From Dehalococcoidia bacterium (GTDB taxonomy: Bacteria > Chloroflexota > Dehalococcoidia > Plut-88900): 64,000 nucleotides of DNA. Made by a program: the position numbers and the translations under genes. The notes below the pieces were generated by a model, which saw nothing but the letters and a program-made list of their open reading frames with translations, was not told where the DNA came from and did no database searches. Of this stretch, positions 1-8,774 are shown in pieces. The stretch is from assembly GCA_965197645.1 (NCBI GenBank), contig OZ240219.1, forward strand, positions 256,001 through 320,000. The letters run 5' to 3'. Position 1 is the stretch's first letter. Every line of letters begins with the position of its first letter.

Positions 1-1
1 G

Positions 2-346
2 ATAGTGGAGTCCTGGGTAGGCGGCGGCCACCCGGGCATCGACTCTATGCTCCTCGCCCAGAAGTGCGAGCAGGCCGGCATAGCGGTCTCTCTCTTAAAC
101 CCCGAGATGGCCCCTACCCAGGAGGACACCGGGTTCGTCCACTTCGTTCCCGAGGCGGACGCCATAGTTAGTCTCGGGAACTACGAGCGTAAGATAAGCC
201 TGCCGCCTGTGGACAAAGTCATAGGCGGGACCCACATATTCGAGTCTGGCGAAGACGCCTCCGGCAGCTGCGAGGTAACCATCCGGCACATGTACGCCGC
301 TACGAGCACCGTTGGCCTGAGCAACATAGCCGGGGTACAGTACTAG
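2..346 (+). CDS. grdE: Glycine/sarcosine/betaine reductase component B proprotein (GrdE/PrdA-like), C-terminal part; truncated by window start
   Basis: GGGHPGIDSMLLAQKCEQAGI...EADAIVSLGNYERKISLPPVDKVIGG resembles the GrdE-family C-terminus; lies directly upstream of grdB. Confidence 0.75.
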   Translation: MVESWVGGGHPGIDSMLLAQKCEQAGIAVSLLNPEMAPTQEDTGFVHFVPEADAIVSLGNYERKISLPPVDKVIGGTHIFESGEDASGSCEVTIRHMYAATSTVGLSNIAGVQY

Positions 347-468
347 ACTGGAGCACGGGGCAAGCGTCGGATCCGTCCTCTGCTTCGAGCCCGCCGTGTT
401 CGGATCTCGCAAGACCGCAGAAGCCCACAACGTCGCAAGCGGTATATAGGGGCCTCATCGCAACGTTG

Positions 469-497
469 TTGAATTGCCCCTTGCATTGAGATAGTAT
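469..497 (+). promoter_or_regulatory. Candidate sigma70 promoter upstream of grdB
   Basis: TTGAAT (469-474), 17-nt spacer, TAGTAT (492-497); RBS GGAGGG before ATG 539. Confidence 0.45.
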
Positions 498-538
498 CTA
501 ACCTGTACGGACCCGCTGTTCCGAGATTGGGAGGGATC

Positions 539-1858
539 ATGGCCAAACTAAAAGTCGTGCACTACTTGAACCAGTTCTTCGCCGGCGTAGGCGGGGAGGA
601 AAAGGCCGACACGCCTCCCGCTTCCAGGGAAGGCCCCACGGGACCGGGAATCGCCTTGGACAAGGCCTTTGGTGACGATGCGGAGGTAATCGGCACCGTC
701 TACTGTGGCGACAACTACATCGCCGAACAGGGCGAGCCGGCCACCGACCAAGTCATCGAGCTGATCTCCCAGTTCAACCCTGACATCGTGGTCGCCGGCC
801 CGGCTTTCGGTTCCGGACGCTACGGACTTGCCTGTGGCCAGGTCTGCCAAGCGGCCATCGAGAGCCTGAAGGTGGCGGCGATTACAGGCGCCCACAAGGA
901 TAGTCCGGTCGCCGAGGCCTACAAGGGCAAGGTCCTGATGGCCTCCACCCGAGACACCGGCGCCGGTATGAACGATGCCGTTCCCGTCCTGACCAGGTTG
1001 GCTCTCAAGCTGGCCAGGCACGAAAATCTGGGGCCCGCTGGGGAAGAGGGCTATCTTCCCACGGGCCGTCGGGAAAACGAGTTCTCCGATAAAACCGCTG
1101 CTCACAGGGGCGTCGAGATGTTGCTGCGAAAGCTGCGGGGCGAAGACCCCCGGACCGAGTGGCCGCTGCCCCGGTACGATCGGGTCGCCCCCGCCCCGCC
1201 CATACAAGACCCCAGCGCAGCAACCCTGGCCCTGGCTACCGAAGGAGGCCTCGTCCAGCGGGGCAACCCGGACAAGCTGGAATCGGCTTGGGCCACCAAA
1301 TGGTTGAAGTTCGATATCGCGGAACAGCCGGCCATGTCGACCGAGACCTATCAGAGCATCCACGGCGGCTTCGATACGACGGCCATCAGCGCCGAACCCA
1401 ACCGGCTGGTGCCCCTGGACGTGGTACGCGACGCTGAAAAGGAAGGCGAGATAGGGAAGGTCCACGACTATCTTTACAGCACCACGGGCAACATGGGGCC
1501 CATCACCAGCATGAAGCAGTTCGGACAGGAGATCGCCGCTGAGCTATCGGCGGCCGGGGTAAGCGGGGTGATACTCACCGCAACCTGAGGCACCGGCACG
1601 CGTAGCGGCGCTACGCTGGCCAAGGAGCTGGAGCGGGCGGGACTTCCCACCGCTCTCGTCACCGCCCTGCACAATCTGGCGGAGAACGTGGGCGCCAACC
1701 GGATAGTCAAGGGCAAGGCTATCCCCCATCCCCTCGGCGACCCGTCCCGATCTCCTGAGCAGGAGCAAGAGGTGCGCAAGAAGGTGCTGGACCAAGCCCT
1801 CGAGGCGTTGAAAACCCAGGTGGACGGACCTACGGTATTCGAGGGCGCGGAAGCCTAA
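539..1858 (+). CDS. grdB: Glycine/sarcosine/betaine reductase selenoprotein B, Sec encoded by TGA 1586-1588
   Basis: N-terminus KVVHYLNQFFAGVGGEEKAD, AGPAFGSGRYG and HGGFD motifs; frame continues past TGA as GTGTRSGATLAKELERAGLP...GANRIVKGKAIPHPLGDP to TAA 1856-1858, matching the GrdB C-terminus. Confidence 0.93.
1600..1616 (+). promoter_or_regulatory. Candidate SECIS hairpin of grdB
   Basis: Perfect 7-bp stem GCGTAGC/GCTACGC with GGC loop starting 19 nt after the UGA. Confidence 0.7.
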
Positions 1859-1872
1859 CGCACAGACTCCCT

Positions 1873-3330
1873 ATGGTTGCCGCCAACGGAAGAAACCCAG
1901 TTGTAAAGGGCGTCACTTACTGCCTGGCCCACGTGCCGGACCTGGTGAGGCACGGCTCCAAGCCTTCGAGGGACATCCCCAGGGATCCGGCGCTTTCGGC
2001 CACGCTGTTGGACCACTGGCGGCCTTTCGAGGAGGCGGTGACCTACCCGCCCAACCAGGTGTTTCTGGGAAACCTTCGACCGGATGACTTGGCCAAGGCG
2101 CCCAAGCCCTGGTTCCGGAACCCTCACATGGAGGGCGGTCGCTTCGGCGCCTACGGCGAGATCATGCCCCAGGAAGAGTTCTACGCCCTGATGAAGGTCT
2201 CGGACCAGTTCGACCTGGTCATGTTGGAGGAGGAGTTCACATCCGAGGCGAGGGCACTGCTGGCCGCACACCCCCTCTTCACCGAGGAGGACGTCGAGCC
2301 ACTGGAGCAAGGCGTACCCCTGGACAAGATCCGGGAGGTGCTGAACGAAGGCACAGCCCTGCCCCTCTATACCGAAAAGGACCGCCTTGTAGGCTGCTTC
2401 CAGCGGGCCCACGAAGAGGACAAGGCTCTGACCGCCGACTCCCTGATCGAAAACCTGGCCGCCAAGGCAACGGCGGCGCTGGCCCTGCGCCACGCCTTCG
2501 ACAAGGTCCCGTCCATCCGGCCCACGGATATCGACTACCTGCTGGGGTGCGGCGAGGAGGCCATCGGCGACCGGTACAACCGGGGCGGCGGCAATCTCGC
2601 CAAGGCCGTCGGCGAGATGTGCGGATGCGTCAACGCCACCGGCTCGGACGTCAAGGCCTTCTGCTGTGCACCCAACCATGCAGTAGTCATCGGCGGCTCG
2701 CTGATCCAATCGGGTGTCTTCGATGAGATCGCCATAGTGGCCGGCGGCTCATTTGCAAAGCTAGGCATGAAGTACCGTGGTCACGTTACCAACGACATGC
2801 CCATCCTGGAAGACGTGCTGGCCTCGGTAGCCATATTCATGGGCCCCGACGACGGCGAAAACCCCAAGGTCCGCCTGGACATCATCGGCAAGCACGATAT
2901 CTCATCGGGGTCGTCCAACCAGGCCATCACCCAAGCCGTGGTGGTTGATCCCCTCAAGAAGCACGGCTTCAAGATCACCGACATCGACCGTTACGCCACG
3001 GAGCTGCACAACCCCGAGATAACCGAGCCCCAGGGCAGCGGCAACACCCCTCGGACCAACTACCGCATGCTGGGCGGCATGGCCGTCAAGGAGGGGGAGA
3101 TAGAGGTCAGCGGACTGGACCAGTTCGTGGAGGACCACGGCATGGTCGGTTTCTCGCCCACCCAGGGGCATATCGCCTCGGCGGTGCCGTTCATAGGACA
3201 CGCCAGAGACATGATCCTGTCCGGCGATATCCAGCGGACCATGTTCTACGCCAAGGGCAGCCTGTTTCTGGGGCGGATGACCAACCTGTCGGACGGAATC
3301 TCCTTCATAATGGAGAGCAACGAGTTGTAA
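1873..3330 (+). CDS. grdC: Glycine/sarcosine/betaine reductase component C beta subunit (FabH-like fold)
   Basis: LAHVPDLVRHGSKP, TYPPNQVFLGN, CGEEAIGDRYNRGGGNLAKA, GSDVKAFCCAP, ELHNPEIT, GFSPTQGHI, KGSLFLGRMTNLSDGISF motifs. Confidence 0.92.
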   Translation: MVAANGRNPVVKGVTYCLAHVPDLVRHGSKPSRDIPRDPALSATLLDHWRPFEEAVTYPPNQVFLGNLRPDDLAKAPKPWFRNPHMEGGRFGAYGEIMPQEEFYALMKVSDQFDLVMLEEEFTSEARALLAAHPLFTEEDVEPLEQGVPLDKIREVLNEGTALPLYTEKDRLVGCFQRAHEEDKALTADSLIENLAAKATAALALRHAFDKVPSIRPTDIDYLLGCGEEAIGDRYNRGGGNLAKAVGEMCGCVNATGSDVKAFCCAPNHAVVIGGSLIQSGVFDEIAIVAGGSFAKLGMKYRGHVTNDMPILEDVLASVAIFMGPDDGENPKVRLDIIGKHDISSGSSNQAITQAVVVDPLKKHGFKITDIDRYATELHNPEITEPQGSGNTPRTNYRMLGGMAVKEGEIEVSGLDQFVEDHGMVGFSPTQGHIASAVPFIGHARDMILSGDIQRTMFYAKGSLFLGRMTNLSDGISFIMESNEL

Positions 3331-3374
3331 ATGGGATATAATGGACGCCAAGCTCGAGCACGGAGGTGAACCAC

Positions 3375-3836
3375 TTGGATCTCAAAGGTAAGAAAGTAAT
3401 TGCCATAGGGGAAAGAGACGGTGTCCAGGGCCCAGCCATTTCAGAGTGTGTCGAGAGCGCCGGCGCCGAGGTGATACTGGAACAGACCCAGTGCTTCGTC
3501 TGAACTGCCGCAGGTGCCATGGACCTGGATGGTCAGGAAAGCATTAAGCGGATTATAGACGAGACCGGCAGGGATGACGTTGTAGTCGTCCTCGGCTCTC
3601 CGGATGCCAACAGCGCGGAGCTGTACGCCGAGACGGTTACCCACGGCGATCCCACCTGGGCCGGTCCCTTGGCCGGAGTACCCTTGGGACTGCCCGTGTA
3701 CCACATCATCGAGCCTGAGGTGAAGGCCACGGTGGATCCCGGCGTGTACGAAGACCAGGTGGGGGTCATGGACGTGGCCCTGGAGTCCGACAAGATTTCG
3801 GACGCCCTGAACAAGGTTAGAGAGAAAGATAGCTAA
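3375..3836 (+). CDS. grdA: Glycine/sarcosine/betaine reductase selenoprotein A, Sec encoded by TGA 3501-3503
   Basis: RBS GGAGGTG, TTG start; [25 protein letters not shown]...[18 protein letters not shown]...[26 protein letters not shown] is the GrdA CxxU signature; the ORF track shows only the part after the TGA. Confidence 0.95.
3511..3527 (+). promoter_or_regulatory. Candidate SECIS hairpin of grdA
   Basis: CAGGT/ACCTG stem enclosing GCCATGG, 8-24 nt after the UGA. Confidence 0.5.
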
Positions 3837-3859
3837 AGGAAAAGTTTCCCGTCGAGCAG

Positions 3860-3897
3860 AAGCCGCCGGCTGAGCACTCCGCACAGTTGGCGGCTTT
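3860..3897 (+). terminator. Stem-loop after grdA, probable terminator
   Basis: AAGCCGCCGGCTG...CAGTTGGCGGCTT followed by a short T run. Confidence 0.5.
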
Positions 3898-3971
3898 ACC
3901 TTGCGGGGAGAAGACCCATGGGTTCAAGACTGAGAGTAGACACCTCTCCTGCCCCTCCACAGCGATAGGAC

Positions 3972-5138
3972 GTGTCGGATACGAAGCAGCTGGTCATCAT
4001 AGGCTCAGGCCCCTATGGCTTGGCCGTCGCCGCCTACGCAAAGCACCTGGGCCTGGACTTCACTCTGCTGGGGCCGCCCATGGGCCTGTGGCGAAACCAT
4101 ATGCCCCGGGGCCTCCTACTACGCTCGCCGACGGACTGGCATGTCGATTCCGTGGGCGGTCGCTCCTTTAACGATTTCCTGGAAAGCAGGGGCCTCACGC
4201 CCGAGGACGTCTTCCCAATACCCGTCGAGCTGTTCCTGGAGTACACCGACTGGTTCACAGCAGAAAACGATCTACGGACCGACCCTCGCCTCGTCAAGAC
4301 CCTCAGCCGACAGGACTCGCTGTTCGAACTCGTGTTGGAGACCGGTGAGACGATCAGGACTAGCAACGTAGTGGCCACCCTGGGTATGCCCTACTTCAAG
4401 CACGTCCCCGACGAGCTGGCGAAGATGATTCCCGAGCACCAGCTTTCCCACGCCGTTGACTCCGTGAACTTCGAGTTTCTGCGAGATAAGGACGTGTTGA
4501 TCGTCGGCGGCAGGATGACCGCTTTCGAGTGGGCGGTACTTATGGCCGAGCAGGCCAATGCTCAGGCCCACATCGTCCACCGCCACAAGACTCCTCCTTT
4601 CGTGAACTCCGACTTCTCGTGGATATGGCCCGAGGTGCAAAACACCACCTACGTCCGCGGCTGGTTCAGGAACCTCCGCGAAGCCCAACAAAAACAGATC
4701 GACAAGCGGTTCTACAAAGAGGGGCGGCTTAAGATGGAGCCCTGGCTCAAGCCCCGGCTTGATGCTGGTGGAGTGCGTATATCAGCCAACACGGCTATCC
4801 GCTCAGCCCGTCCCGGGCCCAACGGCCGTCTCGACGTGGAGTTGGACAACGGAACCTCCGTGACCGTGGACCACGTGATGCTGGCCACGGGTTACCGACT
4901 GGACCTGAAACGCGTTCCCTACATCGCCAACGGGAACATCCTGGACGACCTTCGGATAAACGAGCGAAGCCCCGTGCTGGACGAGGACTTCCGGTCCAGT
5001 ATTCCCGGTCTCTACTTTACCGGGCTGTCCGCCGTCCAGGATTTCGGTCCCTATTTTGGGTTCTGCGTGGGAAGTCCCTCGGCGGGCCGGGTGATAGGCA
5101 GGAGCCTAGAAAAGACTGCCGGCGCCCGCTCCTCCTAG
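3972..5138 (+). CDS. NAD(P)/FAD-dependent oxidoreductase (flavoprotein monooxygenase / Pyr_redox-like)
   Basis: IIGSGPYGLAVAA FAD motif, second Rossmann IVGGRMTA, MLATGY, GLYFTG. Confidence 0.8.
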   Translation: MSDTKQLVIIGSGPYGLAVAAYAKHLGLDFTLLGPPMGLWRNHMPRGLLLRSPTDWHVDSVGGRSFNDFLESRGLTPEDVFPIPVELFLEYTDWFTAENDLRTDPRLVKTLSRQDSLFELVLETGETIRTSNVVATLGMPYFKHVPDELAKMIPEHQLSHAVDSVNFEFLRDKDVLIVGGRMTAFEWAVLMAEQANAQAHIVHRHKTPPFVNSDFSWIWPEVQNTTYVRGWFRNLREAQQKQIDKRFYKEGRLKMEPWLKPRLDAGGVRISANTAIRSARPGPNGRLDVELDNGTSVTVDHVMLATGYRLDLKRVPYIANGNILDDLRINERSPVLDEDFRSSIPGLYFTGLSAVQDFGPYFGFCVGSPSAGRVIGRSLEKTAGARSS

Positions 5139-5221
5139 CTCGGACGGGGCTTGACCCCACACCTACGTCTAGGGCACATTAAGCACCGTATTTCCATGCC
5201 TCGAAATCGGAGGAGAACTGC

Positions 5222-6784
5222 ATGTACGCCGAAGATCTCGCCGTCGTGAACGGCAACGTCATCACCATGGAACCGGACCAACCGTCCGCCGAAGCCGTGC
5301 TCATACACGACGGGCGCGTTGTCCACGTCGGCACCACGGAGGAGGTTCGAAGGGTGGCGCCTGCCGTACAGATCTTCGATTGCGAAGGGAGGACGGTAGT
5401 ACCGGGCTTCATCGACGCCCACTGTCACCTGGAGATGACCTGCCTGGCCGCCGACTACACCGTGGCGTGCCACGCTCCCCCGATGAAAAGCCTGTCCGAG
5501 ATTGCGGCGGCAATGCGCCGGAAAGCTGAACTGACAACGCCCGGCCAATGGATAATCGGTCGAAGCTCCTTCACCCTCTACTCGAAGGTGGAGGAGGGCC
5601 GGCTGTTCACCCGGCAGGAGCTGGACTCGATTTCGGAGCAACACCCTATCATTGTGTTCGCCGGGTTCCACGTCGGGATGCTCAACACCCTGGGCATGAA
5701 GAAGCTGGGCCTGTGGAACAAGGTCGATAGTCCGCCCAGGGGAGTGGTCATCAACCAGGACGAAGCTGGAGAGGCCACCGGCGTCGTTACCGAGATATGG
5801 GACCTGATGCCCTCGTTTTCGGCGGCCGAGACCAGGGACGCGCTCAGGTCGAAGGTGGTGGAGCTCTTCGTCTCCAAGGGGATCACCTCGGCCTACACGA
5901 TACCCTTCTCCTCCGACGATATACGATCGATCCAGGAGCTGCAGCCGGCGGGCGAGTTTCCGTTGCGCATTAGGCTCTACTACCACGTCCCCAAGCTGGT
6001 CTCGCTGGACTCGTTGCTGGCGATGGGAATGAGACCGGGATTCGGCAGCGACATGCTGAAATACGGCGGGGTCAAGATATTCGTCGATGGGACAGCCAAC
6101 GACGGCTACGGCAACCCGGTCGAAGACTTCAAATGGACCGCGCGGGAACTCAATCGGTTCGTTTCCCGGGCCCACGATGGCGGCCAGCAGCTGTTCATGC
6201 ACATCGCCAGCATACCCGCGATAACGATGGCGGCGGACGCTGTCGAAGCCGCTCTACGCAAAACGACGATGCCTCACCGGCACCGGATAGAGCACGGCGC
6301 AGATAACATCCAGGACCCGGAGGACATGAAGCGAATACAGAGCCTGGGCATCGGAATGGTGGCTACACCCCAGTTCATCTATAGCGGGGGGAGCAAGCGG
6401 AGACGGAGCGGCCCAAAGCGCGCCCGGTTCCGCACTCTGATAGACCACGGCATCGAAATCATAGGCGCCAGCGACGCCACCGGCACCGTGCCCGATGGGG
6501 TGGCGCCCCTGTTCAACATCGCCTGCGCTGCGGTGCGTCGAAACGTATCCGGCGAAATCCACGACGTCGAGGAGCGGATAACCGCCGAGGAGGGGCTGAA
6601 AATGTTCACCACGTGGGCTGCCAAGGGCGGCTACGAGGAGCATGAAAAGGGTTCCGTCGCCGTGGGCAAGCTGGGAGACCTGGCCGTCCTGTCGAACGAC
6701 CCGCTGGAAGCAAAGGACGACGAGCTGTACAACATCGACGTGGAGGCTACTATCCTGGGCGGCCAGGTGGTGTACGAAAAGTAG
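5222..6784 (+). CDS. Amidohydrolase-3 (YtcJ-like) metal-dependent hydrolase
   Basis: VVPGFIDAHCH, GVKIFVDG, HRIEHG, KGSVAVGKLGDLAVL, TILGGQVVY. Confidence 0.88.
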   Translation: MYAEDLAVVNGNVITMEPDQPSAEAVLIHDGRVVHVGTTEEVRRVAPAVQIFDCEGRTVVPGFIDAHCHLEMTCLAADYTVACHAPPMKSLSEIAAAMRRKAELTTPGQWIIGRSSFTLYSKVEEGRLFTRQELDSISEQHPIIVFAGFHVGMLNTLGMKKLGLWNKVDSPPRGVVINQDEAGEATGVVTEIWDLMPSFSAAETRDALRSKVVELFVSKGITSAYTIPFSSDDIRSIQELQPAGEFPLRIRLYYHVPKLVSLDSLLAMGMRPGFGSDMLKYGGVKIFVDGTANDGYGNPVEDFKWTARELNRFVSRAHDGGQQLFMHIASIPAITMAADAVEAALRKTTMPHRHRIEHGADNIQDPEDMKRIQSLGIGMVATPQFIYSGGSKRRRSGPKRARFRTLIDHGIEIIGASDATGTVPDGVAPLFNIACAAVRRNVSGEIHDVEERITAEEGLKMFTTWAAKGGYEEHEKGSVAVGKLGDLAVLSNDPLEAKDDELYNIDVEATILGGQVVYEK

Positions 6785-6799
6785 GAGGGATCGTCCGGA

Positions 6800-6895
6800 G
6801 TGTATGAACGAGAGTGGTCAGCAGAGCTGTATGACCACGTAGTCCCCTATCGGGGTCGTGGCGACCTGGACTTCTACGTAGGACTGGCCGGTCAA
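6800..6895 (+). pseudogene. N-terminal remnant of a class I SAM-dependent methyltransferase
   Basis: Preceded by AGGAGG/GGAG; MYEREWSAELYDHVVPYRGRGDLDFYVGLAGQS resembles methyltransferase N-termini and breaks off before motif I where the convergent btpA-like gene ends. Confidence 0.55.
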
Positions 6896-7698
6896 AGCTC
6901 TTGCCTGACCTCGTTGGCCAGCTTCATCAGCTTCGCAACCCGGGCAGGATCGACCGGGTTGGTGGTCAGCCCGTCCTTCTTGAAGGCCGTGCCCACTATC
7001 ACTCCATCGGAATGCTCCAGCATCTCTCTAAGGTTCTCCGGGCCAACACCGCTGCCTACCATGACCGGGGTATCGCCAGCCGCGTCCTTGACCTGGACCA
7101 GATGCTGAACGGAGGTCTCTCGGCCGGTGGCCTCCCCCGAAACGATCAGAGCATCGGCCCTGCCTCTGTGGATGGTGTCCTCTACCTCGACAGCCAAGGG
7201 GCGGTCGCCCAGTGGCGCCGAGTGCTTGGTGGCCACATCTGCCAAAATCAGTGCGTTCCCGCCGAGCAGTTCTCGGTATCTGAGCACCCGGTGCGCCTCA
7301 CCCTCGATAACGCCCTGATCGGTCACGCGAGCTCCGGTCAGAATGTTGACCCGGATGAACTGAGCGTCGACGGCGCGGGCTACGGCCAAGGAAGCCATGG
7401 CATCATTTCGCAGGACGTTTATGCCCAGGGGCTGCGTATACCTGTTGCGCACCTCCAGGGCGAGGGCAGTCATCAAAGCGACGGTGTGAGGCGGCACCCG
7501 GTTAGGGAAGAAGGGCGCATCCCCAAAGTTCTCCACGATGAACCCGTCCACTCCGTTGGCCGCCAGCGCTTCTGTATCGGCGTGCATCCGGCTACGCGCA
7601 GATTCCAGATCGACCGCTCCGGGGGTTCCTGGCAAGGGGAGCAGGTGAAGCATCCCTATGACCGGCTTCGGTCGACCGAAGAGGCTGCTCAAGTCCAT
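6892..7698 (-). CDS. BtpA/SgcQ family TIM-barrel protein
   Basis: IGMLHLLPLPGTP, VENFGDAPF, GINVLRND, TDQGVIEG, ADVATKHS, ADALIVSGEATG, GSGV. Confidence 0.9.
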   Translation of the reverse strand: MDLSSLFGRPKPVIGMLHLLPLPGTPGAVDLESARSRMHADTEALAANGVDGFIVENFGDAPFFPNRVPPHTVALMTALALEVRNRYTQPLGINVLRNDAMASLAVARAVDAQFIRVNILTGARVTDQGVIEGEAHRVLRYRELLGGNALILADVATKHSAPLGDRPLAVEVEDTIHRGRADALIVSGEATGRETSVQHLVQVKDAAGDTPVMVGSGVGPENLREMLEHSDGVIVGTAFKKDGLTTNPVDPARVAKLMKLANEVRQEL

Positions 7699-7743
7699 GG
7701 GACGAATCTTATCACCCTGGACGAAGGCCAACCCGGCCTGGCT

Positions 7744-7799
7744 GGATTGCCACGCCCCGACTTTGTCGGGTCTCGCAATGACGAGGCCGTCGTTGCGAG
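7744..7799. repeat. REP-like palindromic element
   Basis: GGATTGCCACG-CCCCGACTTTGTCGGGT-CTCGCAATGACG...CGTCGTTGCGAG: two hairpins; related GGATTCCTCG...CTCGGAATGAC at 22281-22306. Confidence 0.55.
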
Positions 7800-7841
7800 C
7801 GACGGGGGAGAGGGACGGATTGAATCCCTGGTTAAGATCCC

Positions 7842-8765
7842 TTAATCTTCTGTCCTTCTGACGGAGTGGCCTCCAAACTGGTTACGCATCGCAGCCAGAA
7901 TCTTGGCGCTCAAAGGCTGGTCCTGCCGGGAACGGAACCGGGTCTGTAGTGCCGCCGTGATGACCGGCACCGGCACACCCAGGTCCACCGATTCCTGGAT
8001 CGTCCACCTGCCTTCGCCGGAGTCTTCGACGTAGGCCCTGATCCCCTCCAGCTGGGGGTCTTCATAGAGGGCGGCGGCCGTGAGATCCAGCAGCCAGGAG
8101 CGGACCACGCTGCCGTAGCGCCAGATATCGGCGATGGCGGCCAGGTCCAGGTCGAACTCCTGCTTCGCCTCCATCAGCTCGAAGCCCTCGGCGTAGGCCT
8201 GCATCAGCCCGTACTCGATGCCGTTGTGCACCATCTTCACGAAGTGGCCAGCCCCGGCGGGGCCCACGAAGCCATATCCAGTTTCGGGTGAAGGGGCCAG
8301 CGCCTGGAAGATTGGCTCTAATCTACGGTAGGTCTCGGCATCGCCGCCGATCATCAGGCTATATCCCTCCGTGCGTCCCCAAACTCCACCGCTGGTACCG
8401 ACGTCCAGGAACTTTACTCCTTTGTCAGACAACTCCTTCGAGCGTCTCATGCTGTCCTTGTAGTTGGAGTTCCCCCCATCGATAACCACGTCTCCCTCGG
8501 AGAGAAGGGTGGAGACCGCTTTGATGACGCTTTCGGTGACATCCCCCGCCGGCACCATGACCCAGACTACCCTGGGAGGAGTCAACTGGGACACAAGATG
8601 CTCGAGGTGCATAGAGCGTCCCGCCCCCGCTCTTACCAGAACGCTGATGGCTTCCGTCGCCTGTGGGTCATAGACCACGACTCGGTGGTCTCCGGCCAAC
8701 AGCCGTTGGGCCATGTTCCCGCCCATTCTTCCCAGACCGATAATCCCTAGCTCCATGTCGCTCAT
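7842..8765 (-). CDS. gnd: 6-phosphogluconate dehydrogenase, decarboxylating (short form)
   Basis: GIIGLGRMGGNMA, WVMVPAG, IDGGNS, DVGTSGG, GHFVKMVHNGIEYG, DSGEGRW, MRNQFGGH. Confidence 0.95.
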   Translation of the reverse strand: MSDMELGIIGLGRMGGNMAQRLLAGDHRVVVYDPQATEAISVLVRAGAGRSMHLEHLVSQLTPPRVVWVMVPAGDVTESVIKAVSTLLSEGDVVIDGGNSNYKDSMRRSKELSDKGVKFLDVGTSGGVWGRTEGYSLMIGGDAETYRRLEPIFQALAPSPETGYGFVGPAGAGHFVKMVHNGIEYGLMQAYAEGFELMEAKQEFDLDLAAIADIWRYGSVVRSWLLDLTAAALYEDPQLEGIRAYVEDSGEGRWTIQESVDLGVPVPVITAALQTRFRSRQDQPLSAKILAAMRNQFGGHSVRRTED

Positions 8766-8774
8766 CTCCTGTTG

